Positions 16,779 to 24,873 of a DNA stretch of 38,938 nt are shown here, one piece after another. The notes below the pieces were generated by a model, which saw only the letters and a program-made list of their open reading frames with translations, had not been told where the DNA came from and did not search any database. Made by a program: the position numbers and the translations under genes. The stretch spans positions 1 through 38,938 of the forward strand of contig CAYYLB010000005.1 in assembly GCA_964472345.1 (NCBI GenBank), in the 5' to 3' direction. Position 1 is the first letter of the stretch; every line of letters starts with the position of its first letter. The DNA is from an uncultured Methanosarcinales archaeon (lineage in GTDB: Archaea > Nanobdellota > Nanobdellia > Woesearchaeales > JAGLXL01).

Positions 16779-17297
16779 ATGAACGCATCGATCGCACGGC
16801 TTCGTAGAAAAGTGGCCTACGCGGCAGCCCGTAGGGCGCAACCCCAGCCGCGTCAGCCGTCGAGCAGAGCTTTGCTTTGGGGCAAAGCTGCTGCTCCAGC
16901 TGACGGCTACGGCCACTTTTCTATAGAGCTGATCGCACTGATGGGCATCCTGGTGCTGCTCAGCGCCTGCGGCACGACGCAGCCCGAGGCTCCGGGCGCT
17001 CCCGGCAGCGGCGCTTTCCTGACATTTGAGGTTGATGCCGCCGAAACGTATGAGCCAAGCACCTCGATGCGCACGTATGAGGTTGTCACAAGGCAGAAAA
17101 GCGACCTGTACGGGCGCTGGCAGAAGCACAACGAGCTCAGGATCCAGCAGGACAAATGGGATGCGTGGAGCGATGACGGCGACGATGATGACGATGGGGA
17201 TTTCTTCGATGATGATGAGGAGGACGGGCGGACGGAGCGCAAGAGCGTCCGGAACAGCCCGCTCAAGCTCAGCTGCAAGCACCTTGCGTGCGATTAA
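16779..17297 (+). CDS. putative lipoprotein with an in-frame MITE inside its signal peptide
   Basis: Removing the MITE plus one TSD gives MNASIALMGILVLLSAC (lipobox). Acidic C-terminal tract; TATA box 22 nt upstream of ATG 16779. Confidence 0.65.
   Translation: MNASIARLRRKVAYAAARRAQPQPRQPSSRALLWGKAAAPADGYGHFSIELIALMGILVLLSACGTTQPEAPGAPGSGAFLTFEVDAAETYEPSTSMRTYEVVTRQKSDLYGRWQKHNELRIQQDKWDAWSDDGDDDDDGDFFDDDEEDGRTERKSVRNSPLKLSCKHLACD
16798..16930. mobile_element. MITE family A copy 2, 133 bp
   Basis: Same terminal and internal blocks as 13450-13630; 8-bp TSD GATCGCAC (16790-16797, 16931-16938). Confidence 0.92.
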
Positions 17298-17341
17298 CGC
17301 CGAGGCGAACCTTTAAGAACTATCCTCAAGTTCGGCGTACC

Positions 17342-19258
17342 ATGAACTACAAAGGCCTTACCTTGGACAGGTTCCAGGAGCAGGCGATCGCGGCCATCGA
17401 GAACCAGCATTCTGTCGTCGTTTCCGCTCCCACGGGCTCCGGCAAGACCCTTATCGCGGATTACATCATCAACCGGGACGTTGAGCGCGGCATCCGGGTG
17501 ATCTACACGGCACCCATCAAGGCGCTGTCGAACCAGAAGTACCATGAGTTCACGCGCGATTACGGCACGGAGCGTGTCGGGCTGCTGACGGGGGACATCG
17601 TCAAGAATCCCGGCGCCCCGGTGCTCATCATGACCACGGAAATCTACCGCAACATGGCGATCACCCACGACCCCATGCTCGATCAGGTTTCCTATGTCAT
17701 CTTTGACGAGATCCATTTCATCAACGACATCGAGCGCGGCTACGTCTGGGAAGAATCGATCATCTTCTCAAAACCTGAGGTGCGGTTTCTCTGCCTGAGC
17801 GCGACGATTCCCAATGCCGACGAGTTTGCGGAGTGGATCCATTCGATCAAGCAGCACCGCGTCGAGGTCATCCGCCACGACACGCGCGAGATTCCGCTGC
17901 ACCGCGCCTTGTACGACGCCGAGCTCGGCATCACGACGCCCGAAAAGATCCGCGACGTGATCGACATTCCCGATCATGCCTACGTCCGCGGCACATCCCA
18001 TCGCAGGCGTCCGCGCGTGCCCGCCCCCTCACCCGTCGAACTGATCAAGGAGATCCGCGACAAGCTGCCCTGCTTCTTTTTCACCTTTTCCCGCCAGCGC
18101 TGCCAGCAGCATGCAGCCGACCTCCTGAAAGCGAAGCTCTTCGCGCACAACCCCAAGGTCGTCGGCCTCATCCATGAGAAGCTCGCAGGCGCAGCGCCGG
18201 AAATCAGGCAGCTCGCATCCACGCGCCTGCTGCGCGAGCTGCTTCCCTACGGCATCGGCTTCCATCACGCGGGCCTGATCCCCGTCATCAAAGAGCTTGT
18301 CGAGGAGCTCTTTGCCGCAGGATTCATCAATGTGCTCTACACGACAGAAACCTTCGCGGTCGGCATCAACATGCCCGCGAAGACGGTCTGCTTTGAGTCA
18401 TTGCGCAAGTTTGACGGCGCCAACTTCCGCTTTGTGCATGCCAAAGAGTATTTCCAGATCGCGGGAAGGGCGGGGCGCCGCGGCATTGACAAGGAAGGCT
18501 TCGCCTATGCCATGGTCGACCGCCGCGACTTCGATTATCACCAGCTCAAGAGGGTCACGGGCGCCGACAGGGAGCCCATCCGCTCCCAGTTCCGGCTGAG
18601 CGTGAATACCATCCTCAACCTCATCAAGCGCCACCCGCGGCAGGAGATCGAGGAGATCCTGCACAAGAACTTCTACACCTTCCAGCGCATGCGGCGCTTT
18701 CCCCAGCGCAAGACGCCGTTTTTCTACACGTTCACCAAGCTCACCAAAAAGCTCGAGCATATGGGCTACCTCGCAGGCAACATTCTCACCGAGAAAGGCG
18801 AATTCGCCTCAAAGATGTACGCTGACGAGCTGACCTTTACCGAGCTGTTCGCAACAGACTTCTACGCTGATCTGGATGAGTACCAGCTCCTGCTGCTGAT
18901 CGCGGCGCTGTGCTACGAAGGGCGCGAGAAGACCAAGTTCCATAAGACACACCCCTCCGACATGCTCCGCACGCTGCAGAAGAAGCTCGCTGCCCATCCG
19001 TTCCTGCAGCGCGAGAAGCGGTTTGAGGAGCTCGAGGCGCTCACCGCGCTGGTGGATCCATGCTACCGGGGCAGGAACATCTTCGCGATTTTGCCGAACA
19101 CTTCGCTGCTCGAAGGCGACGTGATCCGCCTGTTCCGGCAGATGATTGACCGGATCGGCCAGCTGAAAGGCGCGACGCAGGACGCGCGCCTCGCTGCGAT
19201 GCTGCAGAGCTGCAAGGAGATGATCGTTTCCTGCCTGGCGGAGATCGATGCGGTTTAA
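17342..19258 (+). CDS. Ski2/HelY-like SF2 RNA helicase
   Basis: APTGSGKT, PIKALSNQK, DEIH, LSAT, HHAGL, TETFAVGINMPA and QIAGRAGRRG motifs. Confidence 0.93.
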   Translation: MNYKGLTLDRFQEQAIAAIENQHSVVVSAPTGSGKTLIADYIINRDVERGIRVIYTAPIKALSNQKYHEFTRDYGTERVGLLTGDIVKNPGAPVLIMTTEIYRNMAITHDPMLDQVSYVIFDEIHFINDIERGYVWEESIIFSKPEVRFLCLSATIPNADEFAEWIHSIKQHRVEVIRHDTREIPLHRALYDAELGITTPEKIRDVIDIPDHAYVRGTSHRRRPRVPAPSPVELIKEIRDKLPCFFFTFSRQRCQQHAADLLKAKLFAHNPKVVGLIHEKLAGAAPEIRQLASTRLLRELLPYGIGFHHAGLIPVIKELVEELFAAGFINVLYTTETFAVGINMPAKTVCFESLRKFDGANFRFVHAKEYFQIAGRAGRRGIDKEGFAYAMVDRRDFDYHQLKRVTGADREPIRSQFRLSVNTILNLIKRHPRQEIEEILHKNFYTFQRMRRFPQRKTPFFYTFTKLTKKLEHMGYLAGNILTEKGEFASKMYADELTFTELFATDFYADLDEYQLLLLIAALCYEGREKTKFHKTHPSDMLRTLQKKLAAHPFLQREKRFEELEALTALVDPCYRGRNIFAILPNTSLLEGDVIRLFRQMIDRIGQLKGATQDARLAAMLQSCKEMIVSCLAEIDAV

Positions 19259-19842
19259 GTGCGATCCCTGAAAACCAGATCAATCACGCACGCCACGGGG
19301 ATCAGGAGCCTGCGATGCTCCTCGGGGATGGTCGCTTCGATGCGGACTGCGTAGGTGTCCGCAGTGGTGAACAGCTCCCGGGCAGCACCCGCCCACTTCT
19401 TGCTGATGTCCACCAGCTTTTTGCCGCCGCCTGACATGATTGCAAAATGCCATCCGGCGAAGCTGCCTTCCATCGTCGCGAGCTGCGCGCCGCCCGGATC
19501 GAGCACCAGCAGTTTTGGCTTGCTGAGCCGGAATTTCTGCCGGTAGGTTCCGAGCGTCTTCCCGCTGGCGTCGAGCACGGCCACATGCGACATGAAGAAC
19601 GTGAACGGCCGCCTGAGCGTCACCAGCTTCGTTCCGCCGGCGTCGTACAGTGAAACGGTGAACGGGAGCATGTTTTTGTATTTCGTCATCCTGAAAAACT
19701 TCTGCAGGAAACTGATGCCCTCTTCGCGCGCCTCGCCGAGCTTCTTGCCCTGCGGCGTGAAGAACTCGTACACGTTGCCGAACTTGAGCACGCGCACCTG
19801 CTCCTTGACGATGATTTCCTCGGCATCGAAAAGGAATGTCAT
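19255..19842 (-). CDS. LURP-one/scramblase (tubby C-terminal-like) family protein
   Basis: Repeated beta-strand pattern; ISKKWAG..RELFT.ADTY motif. Confidence 0.8.
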   Translation of the reverse strand: MTFLFDAEEIIVKEQVRVLKFGNVYEFFTPQGKKLGEAREEGISFLQKFFRMTKYKNMLPFTVSLYDAGGTKLVTLRRPFTFFMSHVAVLDASGKTLGTYRQKFRLSKPKLLVLDPGGAQLATMEGSFAGWHFAIMSGGGKKLVDISKKWAGAARELFTTADTYAVRIEATIPEEHRRLLIPVACVIDLVFRDRT

Positions 19843-19895
19843 CGCCCTCCTTTGATACCACAGATATATAAATCCACGGCGAAAAACTCCTGCCT

Positions 19896-20570
19896 ATGGG
19901 GGAGCTGCACCGTGTCCAGAAGCTGCTGAGCAACTGGGGCCGCTGCTCGCGGCGGAAAGCGGAGGAATTGATTGCAGAAGGCCGCGTCATGGTCAATGGC
20001 AGGGCGATTCACCTCGGCGACAAGGCTTCCGGTCAGGATACCATCACGGTCGATGGCGCCCGTGTCATGCCCGAGCGGCGCATCACGATCCTCTTCCACA
20101 AGCCCATCGGCTGCGTGACGGCAGTTGCGGACAAGCGCCAGAAGACCGTGCTTGATTATGTGCGGATCCCTGAGCGCGTCTTCCCCGTCGGCAGGCTTGA
20201 TTCCAACACCTCGGGATTGCTGCTGCTCACCAACGACGGGGACTTTGCCAACCATATGATGCATCCCCGCTATGAGGTCGAGAAGGCCTATGTCGCGCAG
20301 CTCGACAAGCCCCTGCAGGCGCGCGACGCAGCTCGCCTGAAGCAGGACGTGCGGCTCGCGGACGGCGCGGTTCGGATTGATCGCATGCGGCAGCTCCGCC
20401 CGCAGGTGATCGAGGTGGCGCTGCACGAGGGCAGGAAGCATGTTGTCCGCAGGCTGTTCGGGGCGCTTGGCTATCGCGTCCTTGCGCTGAAACGCACGCG
20501 GATGGGCCGCTTCGCGCTCGGCAGCCTGAAGGAAGGGGAGTGGAGATATATTGATACACGGAGCCGGTGA
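19896..20570 (+). CDS. RsuA/RluB-family rRNA pseudouridine synthase with S4 domain
   Basis: S4 motif SRRKAEELI.EGRV.VNG, KP.G, VGRLD, TSGLLLLTNDG and EGRKH.VRR. Confidence 0.93.
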   Translation: MGELHRVQKLLSNWGRCSRRKAEELIAEGRVMVNGRAIHLGDKASGQDTITVDGARVMPERRITILFHKPIGCVTAVADKRQKTVLDYVRIPERVFPVGRLDSNTSGLLLLTNDGDFANHMMHPRYEVEKAYVAQLDKPLQARDAARLKQDVRLADGAVRIDRMRQLRPQVIEVALHEGRKHVVRRLFGALGYRVLALKRTRMGRFALGSLKEGEWRYIDTRSR

Positions 20571-20584
20571 GCGCACCCAGGCCA

Positions 20585-21016
20585 TTAGAACAGCGGCTGA
20601 TCGGGGCCTTGCCTTTTTTCCTGCTGCTCGCCGCGCAGGTACAGAAAATACCTGTCTAAGAGCGTAGGGCGTTCTGCTGGCATCGGATCGTAGATGTGCA
20701 CCTCAGCGGCAAAACGGTCAATGTACAGCCCGACGCCTATGCCACCATTACCGGCAATGAAGGCAACATACTCAACGCCATCTGACTCAGCGGGAATGTC
20801 TGGCCCAGCGAGAATAATAACCAAAGGCCCGCGGTACACGCCATCAAGGAACCGAAAGAAATCTCCTGCGAGGATGCCGGGGGCTGCCGGGAGCGAGCTC
20901 TTTAGGTGTACGCGGAGTGTCTGCCCTTCATCCGAAGGAGGGCCCAATGCCAGAACGTCAATCAAATCGCACAGTTCCTCCGATGAGATGGGGATCACTC
21001 CCTCAGCGCCGCGCAC
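20585..21016 (-). CDS. hypothetical protein
   Basis: 143-aa ORF following the dehydratase gene; no motif recognised. Confidence 0.5.
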   Translation of the reverse strand: MRGAEGVIPISSEELCDLIDVLALGPPSDEGQTLRVHLKSSLPAAPGILAGDFFRFLDGVYRGPLVIILAGPDIPAESDGVEYVAFIAGNGGIGVGLYIDRFAAEVHIYDPMPAERPTLLDRYFLYLRGEQQEKRQGPDQPLF

Positions 21017-21028
21017 GGCTACGGTTGG

Positions 21029-21400
21029 CTACAACGATTGCATCGGTGCTTGCACCTGCTTCCCGGCGAGCTGGTCGACCTTCGCCGCGACAATGAAGTC
21101 GTTCTCATGCAGCCCTTTGATCGCATGGGTGTAGAGCATAAGCCTGACGTTCCTGAAGCCATGGATGAGGATGTCGGGATGGTGGCCTTCCGCTTCTGCA
21201 ACACCTGCGACGTCATTCACGAACGCAACCGCCTCTTTGAAGTTGTTGAAGGCAAATGTCCTTTCGATCTTGCTGATGCCGCCCTCGCTGATGAGCGTCC
21301 AGCCGGGAACCTGCTTCAGGAAGGCGCTGATCTCGCCCGCTCCAAGAGGGGGCAGGCCGCCGCTGCACGCGACGCAGGCTTTTTTCGCGAGCGCAGTCAT
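21029..21400 (-). CDS. pterin-4-alpha-carbinolamine dehydratase
   Basis: CVAC.GG, AE.EGHHPD and YTHAIKGLHENDFIVAAK; ATGA-coupled to the NUDIX gene. Confidence 0.92.
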   Translation of the reverse strand: MTALAKKACVACSGGLPPLGAGEISAFLKQVPGWTLISEGGISKIERTFAFNNFKEAVAFVNDVAGVAEAEGHHPDILIHGFRNVRLMLYTHAIKGLHENDFIVAAKVDQLAGKQVQAPMQSL

Positions 21401-21816
21401 GCGTGGATTCCCAGCAGCCGCTGATGCGCCTTTTCGAGCACGCTTTGCGCGTTCCTGAATGTGAGCTTCTTCATGGCATTGCCGTAGCTCAGCCACGCAT
21501 AGCCGATGTGCTCCCCGCTGATCTTGACCTGCTTCTGCGCGGTTTCGGCGAGGAAGAATGTCGCTTCCTTGAAGATGCGCCGGCCGTCCCGCATGTAGAA
21601 CCAGCTGACTTTTTCCTCAAAGCCTGGGACAAGGTTCATGCGCCTGATTCCCGTCTCCTCCGCGAGCTCGCGCTGTGCCGCCTCCTGTGCAGTCTCTTTC
21701 GCCTCGATGTTGCCGCGGGGGAACTCCCAGTGGCCGGCTTCGTAATGGAGCAGCAGATAGTTGAGATCATGGCCGCGGTGGAAGACAATGACGCCGGCGC
21801 TCTTTTCTGTTGGCAT
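21397..21816 (-). CDS. NUDIX hydrolase (asymmetric Ap4A hydrolase-like)
   Basis: EKSAG, HWEFPRG..E..E...AA.REL.EETG and SGEH motifs. Confidence 0.92.
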   Translation of the reverse strand: MPTEKSAGVIVFHRGHDLNYLLLHYEAGHWEFPRGNIEAKETAQEAAQRELAEETGIRRMNLVPGFEEKVSWFYMRDGRRIFKEATFFLAETAQKQVKISGEHIGYAWLSYGNAMKKLTFRNAQSVLEKAHQRLLGIHA

Positions 21817-21866
21817 GACGGGAGAAAGTGTTTTAAAGCTATAAATGTTGTGGCATTGCCATGCAG

Positions 21867-22697
21867 ATGGCCAAGGAGAAGCTCCTGCTGCTGTTCAAGA
21901 CAAGCAGACCTCTTTTCTGGCCGGTGCTCCCGCTGGTGTTTGCTGCGGCCCTGCGGTTTTCCGGCGCCTCGTGGTCATGGCAGGCGATAGTGCAGGCGCT
22001 TCTGCTCGGCTTCCCCTACTGCCTCCTGCTCTACGGCATCAACGACATCTACGACTACGCGTCGGATCTCCGAAACCCCCGGAAGCGTGAGCAGCTCTAT
22101 GGCATTGTCCTGGCCCCCGTGCATCATCCCCTCGTCAAGAAAGCTGCGGCTCTCTGCGCAGGCATGCTCCTCCTCTCCTCGTTCTTCCCAAAGAGCGGCT
22201 CCAACCTGCTCGCCATGGGCGTGCTCCTCGTTTCATCGTATGCCTATTCAGCCCCGCCGATACGCACAAAAACCCGCCCCATTCTGGACTCCCTCTCAAA
22301 TGCAGTCTTCTATTTTCTTGCTCCGTTTGCACTGGGGTGGAGCTTCAGCAGGCCGCTCCTGCTCCTGCCGCCCAAAATCTACCTTGTTGCGCTGGCGATG
22401 GCCGGCTATCACGCCCTGAGCACCATCGGAGATTACACCGTCGACCGCTCGGTGGGGGACCGGACCATCGCGGTGGCAATCGGGAAGCGCGCGACTGCCA
22501 TCATCGCTGCGGCAGGCTCGCTGGTTCCACTGCTTTTCGGCGGCATCAAGGCGCCAATCGTCCGGTATGCGCTCATTGCGTGCGTTGCGATCCCCCTTGC
22601 GGTTGCGGCCTACCCGTCAGAGAAGCTCACCGCGTTTCTCGTGAAGCTCATCTATGTAATCTTTCTCGTGACTGCGGTCGCTTACAGCTTCCTTTAA
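21867..22697 (+). CDS. UbiA-family prenyltransferase
   Basis: SRP..W, NDIYDYASD, YSAPP.R.K and D...D...G..T motifs; multiple TM segments. Confidence 0.9.
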   Translation: MAKEKLLLLFKTSRPLFWPVLPLVFAAALRFSGASWSWQAIVQALLLGFPYCLLLYGINDIYDYASDLRNPRKREQLYGIVLAPVHHPLVKKAAALCAGMLLLSSFFPKSGSNLLAMGVLLVSSYAYSAPPIRTKTRPILDSLSNAVFYFLAPFALGWSFSRPLLLLPPKIYLVALAMAGYHALSTIGDYTVDRSVGDRTIAVAIGKRATAIIAAAGSLVPLLFGGIKAPIVRYALIACVAIPLAVAAYPSEKLTAFLVKLIYVIFLVTAVAYSFL

Positions 22698-22816
22698 GCC
22701 TGCTTCCGGTGCTCCTGCTTCACGTACTGCTCGTGGATGGGATGGTCGCTTTCCTCATCAAGCTCCCAGAATTCACTTTTCCTCCTTTTCTTCCTTTTCT
22801 TTGGTTTGCGCTCCAT
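22694..22816 (-). CDS. small basic/acidic hypothetical protein (40 aa)
   Basis: MERKPKKRKKRRKSEFWELDEESDHPIHEQY..., 5 nt after the DUF59 gene. Confidence 0.4.
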   Translation of the reverse strand: MERKPKKRKKRRKSEFWELDEESDHPIHEQYVKQEHRKQA

Positions 22817-22821
22817 ACAGC

Positions 22822-23115
22822 CTATACCCCCAGCATCGCGCGCAGCTCCTCGCTCGGCTGCCATGGGGGATCGAAGGTAATCTCGAGCTGCACGTCGCTC
22901 GCCCCGGCTTCGTCCTTGACGCGCGCACGGATCTCCTCGATGAGCATGGGGCCGTAAGGGCAGGCAGGCGTGGTGAGCGTCATGAGAATGTGGACTGTCC
23001 CATCCTCGCGGACATCGAGCCGGTATATCAGGCCCATGCTCCAGACGTCAAGCTGGATTTCCGGGTCGTAGACCTGCTTGAGGACCTCGATGACGGATTC
23101 TTTGGTGGGTGGCAT
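22822..23115 (-). CDS. DUF59/SufT/PaaD-like Fe-S maturation protein
   Basis: VYDPEI, GLIY, MTLTTPACP and FDPPW motifs. Confidence 0.92.
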   Translation of the reverse strand: MPPTKESVIEVLKQVYDPEIQLDVWSMGLIYRLDVREDGTVHILMTLTTPACPYGPMLIEEIRARVKDEAGASDVQLEITFDPPWQPSEELRAMLGV

Positions 23116-23155
23116 ATCCTTTGGAGCAGGGAGAAAGGAAGATTATAAACCCTGC

Positions 23156-23276
23156 GTTTTCCACCGGTGTCTGCCGAACAGAGTGAGCGCAGATAGCACA
23201 GAACACTGTGCGTGTTTTCACCGGTGGAAAACCAGTGTGCTCAAAAACCGCCGGTCAGTAGACCAGCGGTTTTTGA
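23156..23276. repeat. compound palindromic (REP-like) element
   Basis: GTTTTCCACCGGTG/CACCGGTGGAAAAC (14 bp) encloses the hairpin GCACAG/CTGTGC. It is followed by TCAAAAACCGC/GCGGTTTTTGA with inner GGTC/GACC. Confidence 0.7.
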
Positions 23277-23291
23277 CATGTTGCGGGGCGG

Positions 23292-23522
23292 TTACTCCGT
23301 GGCGTCGACGCCGCGCTGGATGTCCTGCTCGTCGTAGTTGGCGCTCTGCAGCGGGAGGACGATGTCCCGGATGTTCTCCGCCATGGCGAGCTGGTAGTTG
23401 ACGTTGACGAACGCGAGCACGACGAGGAAAGCGAGCTGGAGGACGAAGAGCGCGGCGAGGGGCGGCGTGTGCTGCTTGATGGCAGCGATGAATGCGGTGG
23501 ATGCTCGTGGTAAAAGGCTCAT
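23292..23522 (-). CDS. short membrane protein, possibly a truncated remnant
   Basis: One TM segment; the ORF ends next to the palindromic element. Confidence 0.4.
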   Translation of the reverse strand: MSLLPRASTAFIAAIKQHTPPLAALFVLQLAFLVVLAFVNVNYQLAMAENIRDIVLPLQSANYDEQDIQRGVDATE

Positions 23523-23798
23523 GGCCCCTCCGCGAGCTGTTCCATCCTGCCTCTTTTTGGTGCGTTCATCGGGACCTCACACGATGTTGATCCTGTCTTT
23601 CTCAACCCGCTGGTAAAATGCCGGATCCTTTCTTGCCATCTGGCTCCACGCAATAGCGGTAAAGAGCTGAGGCTTTATCACCTTTGCGGTGCGCTTGGCT
23701 TTATACACCCTGGTATAGAGGATATTTATTGAATCACCTCCAGTTTCAGCGAATGTTGTTCGGAAGAACGGTGAAAAGCGGGGGATAATCAAATCTCT

Positions 23799-24329
23799 CT
23801 ATAAAAAGTGCCTTAAAGGTAAAATCGGGAATTTTATACCATAAAGCCTCGCGTCGCGAGGAACGGTTGGCTTCGGTTGTAGTAGCATTACGATTCCTTC
23901 TTTGGGATCTGGAGCATCAAATATTGGGTTGGGAAAATAGAGTTGCTGTACTGCTGCGTTTGATAGGTCACGCAAAAATCCAACATCAACATGATACACA
24001 ACAGGAACAACCCCAGCTTGAAGGAGAATCTCTCCATCCCCAACCGATGGATGTCCTCCATTATATAAGACCTGCGCTTCTGCATCCTCCGCTATTTTGT
24101 CAATCACAACACTATATTTCCCAATCATCCTCGGCGTTTTTTTCGGTCCAGTTGATACAAGAACAGGAAACGTGTACTTTATCCAATCCCCGCCCCCAAC
24201 ATCCTTCGTCTCCGGCTCGCCAAAACCGACAGTCTTGTTTAGAGATTCACCCAGTTGCTGCAAAAATGGAGCTGGATATACTTCCCCAAGACGTTTATAC
24301 GCCTGATTGCGCGAATCAGTTTCAGTCAT
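23799..24329 (-). CDS. hypothetical protein, AT-rich
   Basis: 176-aa ORF with a TATA box upstream (about 24353-24360); no motif recognised. Confidence 0.65.
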   Translation of the reverse strand: MTETDSRNQAYKRLGEVYPAPFLQQLGESLNKTVGFGEPETKDVGGGDWIKYTFPVLVSTGPKKTPRMIGKYSVVIDKIAEDAEAQVLYNGGHPSVGDGEILLQAGVVPVVYHVDVGFLRDLSNAAVQQLYFPNPIFDAPDPKEGIVMLLQPKPTVPRDARLYGIKFPILPLRHFL

Positions 24330-24450
24330 AAGCGGCGAAAAATAGTCCCCAATATATAAATGTTTCTATTTTTCACCACTATAAAGTTACATTTTAAAAT
24401 TGTCAACTTTTAAATACTCCTTCTTAACTATCGTTAATTCAGAGGGGTTT

Positions 24451-24873
24451 ATGAAGCAAAGTAAGTTGATCCTGCCACAGGAACTGGAGGTCTGGTACGT
24501 GCTTCCTGCCATCCGGAAGGCATTCGCGTTGGCGATGGTAGCCTCGGGCTTGACGCAGAAGGAGGCAGCTGCGCTTCTCGGCGTGACGGAAGCGGCGGTC
24601 TCGCAGTACAAGAAGGAGAAGCGGGCCGCGGGGCTCGTGCTGGACGCGCATGCCGCTGCGCTCGTCAGGGAAGCGGTGGAGCGGATCGCCACAAGGCAAA
24701 GCACGGCGTTTGCGGAAATCATGCGCATTGATGACGAGCTCAAGCGCTCAGGCATCTTCTGCCAGCTCCACCGCCTCAAGTCGCAAACGCCGGACGGCTG
24801 CGAATCGAGCTGCGGCAGGCACTTCCTCAAGATGCGATCAAACCCAAAGCTCGCGGTGGTTTCTCATGGCTGA
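24451..24873 (+). CDS. HTH transcriptional regulator (archaeal COG2522-like) heading the suf operon
   Basis: [35 protein letters not shown] and C-terminal CQLH...C...C; overlaps the sufB start. Confidence 0.85.
   Translation: MKQSKLILPQELEVWYVLPAIRKAFALAMVASGLTQKEAAALLGVTEAAVSQYKKEKRAAGLVLDAHAAALVREAVERIATRQSTAFAEIMRIDDELKRSGIFCQLHRLKSQTPDGCESSCGRHFLKMRSNPKLAVVSHG

Noticed and set aside
17170..17225. GAT/GAC tandem repeats
   Set aside because: They encode an Asp-rich tract. Similar short repeats at 13937-13980 encode DEDEL twice.
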